From the NCBI GenBank assembly GCA_963785725.1, contig CAWAWS010000039.1, forward strand, positions 480,001 to 544,000: 64,000 nt of DNA, written 5' to 3'. Positions 58,907 to 64,000 of this stretch are shown here, one piece after another; the first letter of the stretch is position 1; every line of letters starts with the position of its first letter. This stretch comes from an uncultured delta proteobacterium (GTDB lineage Bacteria; Myxococcota_A; Polyangia; Palsa-1104). The notes beneath the pieces are model-generated. The model made no database searches. It was not told the DNA's origin and saw only the letters and a list, made by a program, of their open reading frames with translations. Made by a program: the position numbers and the translations under genes.

Positions 58907-59479
58907 GTGGACGACGAGTTTTCCGCGGCCCGCGTGACCGTGCAAGTCCTGGAGCACCTCGAGCGCCGCCGCGCGCAGATCGTCGACGACGCCGCGCTCG
59001 TGCACGCCGAGGTCGAGCGCAGCCTCGTGCCCGTGCGCGCCGCTTACGAAGACGCGCAGCTGCCGCGCGCCTACTTCGACGCGCTGGCGCTCGAGCTGAC
59101 GGCGACGCTGCCCGAAGCCTGGCGTTCGCGCGCGCTGCCCTACACGCTGGCCGAGCGGCGCGACTTCTCCATCTGGCGCGGCGGCGATCCGGTGGCGCGC
59201 ATCACCTACGTGTTCATCGGTCTCGTCATCGGCGGCTTGTGCGTCGAGGCGCCGTTCATTCCCATTTGGGAGAAGTGGTTCCCGTTCTTGCTGGCGGCGC
59301 TGGCGTGGTGGCTGCCGTCGGCGCAGCTGGCGTGGCATCGGCGGCGCTATTCGCGCGCGCTCGGCGGCATCGTGCTGCAGCTCACGGGCGCGCAAGCCCA
59401 GCTCGACGGAACGATTCGCACCGAGGATCTGTTATTGCCTGATACGAGCACCCACAAAGGGGATTCCCGTGGCCAATGA
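58907..59479 (+). CDS. Membrane protein, first gene of the SPFH operon
   Basis: Two TM helices; overlaps the next gene by 11 nt. Confidence 0.6.
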   Translation: MDDEFSAARVTVQVLEHLERRRAQIVDDAALVHAEVERSLVPVRAAYEDAQLPRAYFDALALELTATLPEAWRSRALPYTLAERRDFSIWRGGDPVARITYVFIGLVIGGLCVEAPFIPIWEKWFPFLLAALAWWLPSAQLAWHRRRYSRALGGIVLQLTGAQAQLDGTIRTEDLLLPDTSTHKGDSRGQ

Positions 59480-60554
59480 CTTCATCAAGCCGAAGCTGCC
59501 GTTCAACGCTTCGAGCCTCGGCACCATCGCCGGCCGCATCGCCGGGCGCCTGTTGCGCTCGCGCGTGGCCTGGATCATCGGCGGCGCGCTCCTGCTCGTG
59601 TGGTGTGGCCCGTCGAGCTTCACGACCTACGTGCCGCCCAACATGGTCGGCGTGCGCCAGGTCTATTACGGCTCGTCCGCCGGCATCAAAGACGATCTGC
59701 GCGGCCCCGGCCTGCACTTCATGACGGCGGGCGTCGAGCGGCTGCACCTGTTTCCGCACGACCTGCAGGTGATCAACTTCTCGGAGAACGCCAGCGAAGT
59801 GTCGGCGCAACATCGGGCGGCGCCGTCGATCAAGATTCAGACGTCCGACGGCTACAACGTGCAGCTCGACGTCACCGTGCTCTATCGGCTGCGCAACGCC
59901 TACACCGTGTTCACCGAAGCGGGGCCCGGTCGCGCGTTCGAAGATCGGCTGGTCATTCCCCGCTGTGACCGCATCATGCGCAAGACGTTGGGCGAGCTGA
60001 ACTCCGAGGAGTTCTACCAAGGGCCGAAGCGCATCGAGAAGGCGCGCGCGGCGCACGAAGCGCTCGCCAAGGAGCTCGAGCCCTACGGCATTCAGGTCGA
60101 CGCCGTGCTGGTGAGCCGCTACATCTACGACGAGCGTTATCAGCAGCTGATCGAAGGGCGCACCATCAAAGATCAGACGGTGTTTCGCGCGCAAGCGGAG
60201 GCGAAGGCGGCGATCGAGCAGCGCAAGCGCGACACCGTCGTGGCCGAAGGCAAGGCGACGCAAGAGGTCGAGCTGTCGCGCGGCCGCGGCGAAGTGCAGA
60301 AGCTGGCGGCGCAGGCCGATCTGTACCGTCGCAAGAAGGCGGCCGAGGGCAAGCTGCTCGTCGAGCTGGCCGAGGCCAAAGGCACGGCGCTCGAGAACAC
60401 GGCGTTGCAGGGCGCGGGCTCGGAGAACCTCGTCGGCCTGAAGATGGCGGACGTCTTGCGCGGCGTGAAGGTCATGGTCATCTCGTCCGACGGCAAAGAG
60501 GGCATGAACCCGCTCGATCTGCAGAGCATCCTGCGCAAGTTCGAGGTCAAGTAA
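59469..60554 (+). CDS. SPFH/Band-7 (prohibitin/HflK-C-like) protein
   Basis: TM anchor, QTSDG..V..DVTV.Y, AE/AK coiled coil. Confidence 0.85.
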   Translation: MANDFIKPKLPFNASSLGTIAGRIAGRLLRSRVAWIIGGALLLVWCGPSSFTTYVPPNMVGVRQVYYGSSAGIKDDLRGPGLHFMTAGVERLHLFPHDLQVINFSENASEVSAQHRAAPSIKIQTSDGYNVQLDVTVLYRLRNAYTVFTEAGPGRAFEDRLVIPRCDRIMRKTLGELNSEEFYQGPKRIEKARAAHEALAKELEPYGIQVDAVLVSRYIYDERYQQLIEGRTIKDQTVFRAQAEAKAAIEQRKRDTVVAEGKATQEVELSRGRGEVQKLAAQADLYRRKKAAEGKLLVELAEAKGTALENTALQGAGSENLVGLKMADVLRGVKVMVISSDGKEGMNPLDLQSILRKFEVK

Positions 60555-61601
60555 ATGCGTGTTTACTTAGTGGTGAGCGCGTTGTTGCTCGGCGGCTGCG
60601 TGTCGCATTCGACGGGCGAGACCGAAGTGGGCGTGCTCGTGTGCAAGCTCGGCATCGGCTGCAGCGACGGCAAAGGCGTGCAGCGCGCGCTCTATCCGCC
60701 GGGCTCGACGAGCTTCTTCGCGCCCTTCATTCGCGACTTCTATACGTTCGACACCAAAGTGCAGAACTTGGAGATGGTGGCCAACGCGCAGCACGGCGAT
60801 CGCAACGAGCGCGACGATCTGCAGTTCAAGACGACCGACGGCAACGACATCTCGATGGACGTGACGGTGGCGTGGACGATCGATCCGCAGCACGCGCCCG
60901 ATCTCCTGCAAAACGTCGGCATCTCGACGGCGGAGGTGAAGGAGAAGCTGGTGCGGCCGACGGCGCGGACGCTGGTGCGCGACGTGCTCAACGAGCTCGA
61001 CTCCGAGTCGATCTACAACTCCGACAAGCGCTTCGAGAAGGCGGAGAAGGCCAAGCAGGTGCTGTTGGAGGCGCTGGCGCCGCACGGCGTGATCGTGTCG
61101 CAGGTGATCTTGCACGAGCATCGCTTCGCGCCCGAGTACGAGAAGGTCATTCACGATCGCAAGCTGGCGGAGCAGAGCGCGCAGCAGCTGAAGTCGGAGA
61201 GCGAGGCTGCGGCGCAAGAGGCGCTGCGCAACTTGGAGACGGCGCGCGGCAAGGTGGCGTCGGACATCGCGCAGGCGGAGGGTGAGCTGCAGCAGGCCAA
61301 GCTGACCGCCGACGCCGAGTACTTCAAGCAGCAGCAGAACGCGGACGCCATCGTGGCCGAGCGCTCGGCCAAGGCCAAGGCGATCGAGAAGCGCAACGAG
61401 GCGTTGCGCGGCTCGGGCGGGCGCGCGATGGTGAAGCTGAAGGTGGCCGAGGCGCTCGAAGGCAAGTCGATCGTGCTCGTGCCCGGCGGGGCCAGCGGCG
61501 TGGGCTTCAACAAGCTCGACATCAATCGGCTCGTGGAGTCGTCGATCGTGCAGGAGGCGAGCCCGCCGGCCGAAGAAGTGAACAAGAGCGACGCCAAGTA
61601 G
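60555..61601 (+). CDS. SPFH/Band-7 protein with lipobox
   Basis: LLGGC; KTTDGN.I..DVTV; coiled coil. Confidence 0.85.
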   Translation: MRVYLVVSALLLGGCVSHSTGETEVGVLVCKLGIGCSDGKGVQRALYPPGSTSFFAPFIRDFYTFDTKVQNLEMVANAQHGDRNERDDLQFKTTDGNDISMDVTVAWTIDPQHAPDLLQNVGISTAEVKEKLVRPTARTLVRDVLNELDSESIYNSDKRFEKAEKAKQVLLEALAPHGVIVSQVILHEHRFAPEYEKVIHDRKLAEQSAQQLKSESEAAAQEALRNLETARGKVASDIAQAEGELQQAKLTADAEYFKQQQNADAIVAERSAKAKAIEKRNEALRGSGGRAMVKLKVAEALEGKSIVLVPGGASGVGFNKLDINRLVESSIVQEASPPAEEVNKSDAK

Positions 61602-61603
61602 CC

Positions 61604-61960
61604 ATGGACGCGGCGCTGCGGCAGCGGCTCATGGCCGACGGGCAGCGCGCGTGTAACGCGGGTGACTTCTTCGCCGCGCACGAGCACTGGGAGACCGTGT
61701 GGCTGACGACGGTCGAGCCCGAGCGGCGGTGGCTTCAGGCGCTGATTCAGATCGCGACCGGGCTGCACAAGCTGCAAGCGGCGCGCGCCGACCTCTGTCG
61801 CGGCCTCGTGCACAAGGCGCTGGCGAAGCTGCAGGACGCGCCGGCGACGCTCGATGGGCTCGACGTCGCGCGCCTGCAGCGTGACGCGACGAGCCTGGCG
61901 GCCGCGATCGACCGCGGCGAGACGCCCGACGCGCGCGCCTTTCGCGTCCATGCCGCGTAA
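61604..61960 (+). CDS. DUF309 family protein
   Basis: FFAAHEHWE.VW, LQALIQ. Confidence 0.85.
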   Translation: MDAALRQRLMADGQRACNAGDFFAAHEHWETVWLTTVEPERRWLQALIQIATGLHKLQAARADLCRGLVHKALAKLQDAPATLDGLDVARLQRDATSLAAAIDRGETPDARAFRVHAA

Positions 61961-62007
61961 CGGTCGGCGAAATCGATATCGAATCCGCGCGAACGAGACG
62001 CGTTATG

Positions 62008-62190
62008 TCATACCACCCGCGTGCGCCGCGTCGTCGCCGAGCTGATGAGCGAGAACAGCACGCCGATGACGCCGACGACCATCAAGATCATGCCGACCAT
62101 GTGCAAGTTGACGCCGGGAACGCGATAGTTGATCGCGAAATAGAGGATGGCGCCGATTGCGACCAAGAACAGACTTCCGCCGGTATACAT
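62008..62190 (-). CDS. Small two-TM protein (DUF6458-like)
   Basis: G.SLFL.A.GAIL.FA...GVNL..VG.ILM; sigma54-like CGGCGCGctccTTGC at 62205-62219. Confidence 0.7.
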   Translation of the reverse strand: MYTGGSLFLVAIGAILYFAINYRVPGVNLHMVGMILMVVGVIGVLFSLISSATTRRTRVV

Positions 62191-62351
62191 GCCTCTTCGT
62201 AGGAGCAAGGAGCGCGCCGAATCGCTCGCTCGCCGACGTGGCGACCGCCCGGCTGAATGTACGCTAGCCTGCTAATGTTACTCATTGCGCGCTGCGTCGT
62301 AATTTAGTTATCTCGTCGCTGCTGGACTTTTCGCCAGCGGGGAGAGATTGC

Positions 62352-63188
62352 ATGCGCTCGACGATTGCCCTCAGCACGCTATTCGCAGCGACAACGTTGT
62401 TCGGCGCTACGGCGCAGGCCAATTCGCACGGCTTGCCGCCCTATTTGGCGCTCGGCGATTCCATCGCGTTCGGCTTCTCGCCGCTCATCGTCGATAATCC
62501 GGCCAACGTCGCCGCCGGCGATTTCGTCGGCTATCCCGAAGCGACGGCCAGCGCCGCCGCGCTCGCGCTGTCGAACGCGGCCTGCCCGGGCGAGACGTCG
62601 GGCTCGTTCATCAATCCGTATCAGCCCGATAACGGCTGCCATAGCTCGCCCTATTATGTGCGCGAGCTGAAGGTGCAGTATCAGGGCAGCCAGCTCGACT
62701 ATGCGCGCGCCTATTTGTGGGCGCATCCGGAGACCGAGCTGGTCACGATCGACATCGGCGGCAACGACCTCTTGCTCGTGCAGACGGCGTGCGCGTCGAG
62801 CTTCAGCCCGACGTTGTGCGAAGTGGCCGAGCTGCCGGGCGCGCTCGTGAAGTTCGGCGCCAACCTGACCGCGATCTTCACCGGGCTGCGCAGCATCGGC
62901 TACTTCGGGCAGATCGTGGCGGTGACGCAGTACGCGACCAACTACAGTGACACGACGCAGACGCTGGCGCTGGGCGGGCTCAAGGACGAGACGGCGACGA
63001 TCGCCGCGCTCTTCGACGTCACCGTGGCCGATGGTTACGGCGCGTTCCAGACGGCGGCGTCGGCGTTCGGCGGCGACGTGTGCAAGGCCGGCCTCATCAT
63101 CGCGCTGCCCGACGGCACGTGCAACGAGCATCCGTCGCCGAAGGGCCGCGACGTGCTCGCCGACGCCGTGTTATCCGTCCTGCACTAA
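62352..63188 (+). CDS. Secreted SGNH/GDSL hydrolase
   Basis: YLALGDS, GGND, EHPS. Confidence 0.85.
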   Translation: MRSTIALSTLFAATTLFGATAQANSHGLPPYLALGDSIAFGFSPLIVDNPANVAAGDFVGYPEATASAAALALSNAACPGETSGSFINPYQPDNGCHSSPYYVRELKVQYQGSQLDYARAYLWAHPETELVTIDIGGNDLLLVQTACASSFSPTLCEVAELPGALVKFGANLTAIFTGLRSIGYFGQIVAVTQYATNYSDTTQTLALGGLKDETATIAALFDVTVADGYGAFQTAASAFGGDVCKAGLIIALPDGTCNEHPSPKGRDVLADAVLSVLH

Positions 63189-63286
63189 GGGCAGCGGACG
63201 GTGGCGGGGCCGGCAGTGTGGTCGCCGCAGTGGCACGACGAGCCGGCCGCGCACTGACACGCACTCGTTAAGGATTGGCGCAGGCG

Positions 63287-63340
63287 GCAATGAGAAACGG
63301 ATTGGCCGGTGATGGCGCCAATCCGTTTCGATTGCGTTTT
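63287..63340. terminator. Strong hairpin between convergent genes (terminator)
   Basis: GAAACGGATTGGC-N10-GCCAATCCGTTTC 13-bp stem, extended by GCAAT/ATTGC, followed by GTTTT. Confidence 0.6.
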
Positions 63341-63357
63341 GCGGGAATTGAAACGAG

Positions 63358-63753
63358 TTACGGTGTAACTTCGATGGGCCCGCGATGCAGCGGCGCTTCC
63401 GCCTTCAGCCGCTCGTACTCGGCCGCGTCGAACACGCGCGAACGCGTCAAGAAGCGCACGCCGAGCGGCGCCTCCAGCGAGAACCCGCCGCCGCGCCCGG
63501 GCACGACATCGATCGTCAGATGCGTGTGCTCCCAATATTCGAACTGCGCCGCGCCGATATAGAACGGCGTGTCGGCGACGACGCCGAGCAGCACGTCGCG
63601 CTGCCCGACGCGGAACTCGCCGCGCAAGTAGCACATCGGCGAGCTCCCGTCGCAGCAGCCGCCCGACTGGTGGAACAAGAGCGGGCCGTTCGCGGACTTC
63701 AGCTCCTCGACGACCCGGCGCGCTTCGTCGGTGATGGCGACTCGTTCGAGCAT
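63358..63753 (-). CDS. DUF779 family protein
   Basis: FHQSGGCCDGSSPMC, GRG.GFSLE; usual position downstream of aldehyde dehydrogenase. Confidence 0.92.
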   Translation of the reverse strand: MLERVAITDEARRVVEELKSANGPLLFHQSGGCCDGSSPMCYLRGEFRVGQRDVLLGVVADTPFYIGAAQFEYWEHTHLTIDVVPGRGGGFSLEAPLGVRFLTRSRVFDAAEYERLKAEAPLHRGPIEVTP

Positions 63754-63760
63754 GCGCGGC

Positions 63761-64000
63761 CTAGAAGAACCCGAGCTTGTTCGGCGAGTAGCTGACGAGC
63801 AGGTTCTTCGTCTGCCGATAATGATCGAGCATCATCTTGTGGTTCTCGCGCCCGAAGCCCGACTGCTTGTAGCCGCCGAACGCCGCGTGCGCGGGATAGG
63901 CGTGATAGCAGTTCGTCCACACGCGACCGGCCTTGATGGCGCGACCGACGCGATAAGCGGTGTTCGTGTCGCGCGTCCACACGCCGGCGCCGAGGCCGTA
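63761..64000 (-). CDS. aldB: Aldehyde dehydrogenase (AldB-type), C-terminal part
   Basis: [36 protein letters not shown]. Confidence 0.88.
   Translation of the reverse strand, partial: YGLGAGVWTRDTNTAYRVGRAIKAGRVWTNCYHAYPAHAAFGGYKQSGFGRENHKMMLDHYRQTKNLLVSYSPNKLGFF

Noticed and set aside
62253..62267. CTGAATGTACGCTAG as a LexA box
   Set aside because: One base too short and poorly matching.

Overview
64 kb of high-GC (roughly 70%) bacterial chromosome with about 65 genes. There are no rRNA, tRNA, CRISPR, prophage or transposase genes. The many Cys-lipoproteins with Gly-rich linkers, sigma54-type promoters, the EPAGANC-repeat protein and Myxococcus-type LexA boxes suggest Myxococcota (probably Polyangia); this is an inference. 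Main content: a glycan-degrading lipoprotein cluster (GH76-CBM, LamG-GtaA-like, GH27/36, ricin-GH18) plus two more GH18s; xfp-ackA; SelO; a thiolase; two DTW (acp3U) proteins and TruC; an orphan murG paralogue; an EXPERA/EBP protein; an M16 peptidase pair; an SPFH operon; and aldB-DUF779. The most interesting signals are: (i) two separate modules pairing a stand-alone 7-8TM protein with a small helical cytoplasmic partner, where the two partners look remotely homologous; (ii) an MTase-like gene coupled to a DTW protein carrying a degenerate DnaQ-like domain; (iii) LexA-like boxes before uncharacterised genes, one encoding an AT-hook protein; (iv) a 166-bp MITE with 23-bp perfect inverted ends; (v) widespread leaderless and sigma54 promoter architecture. 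All calls come from reading motifs by eye; no searches were run.
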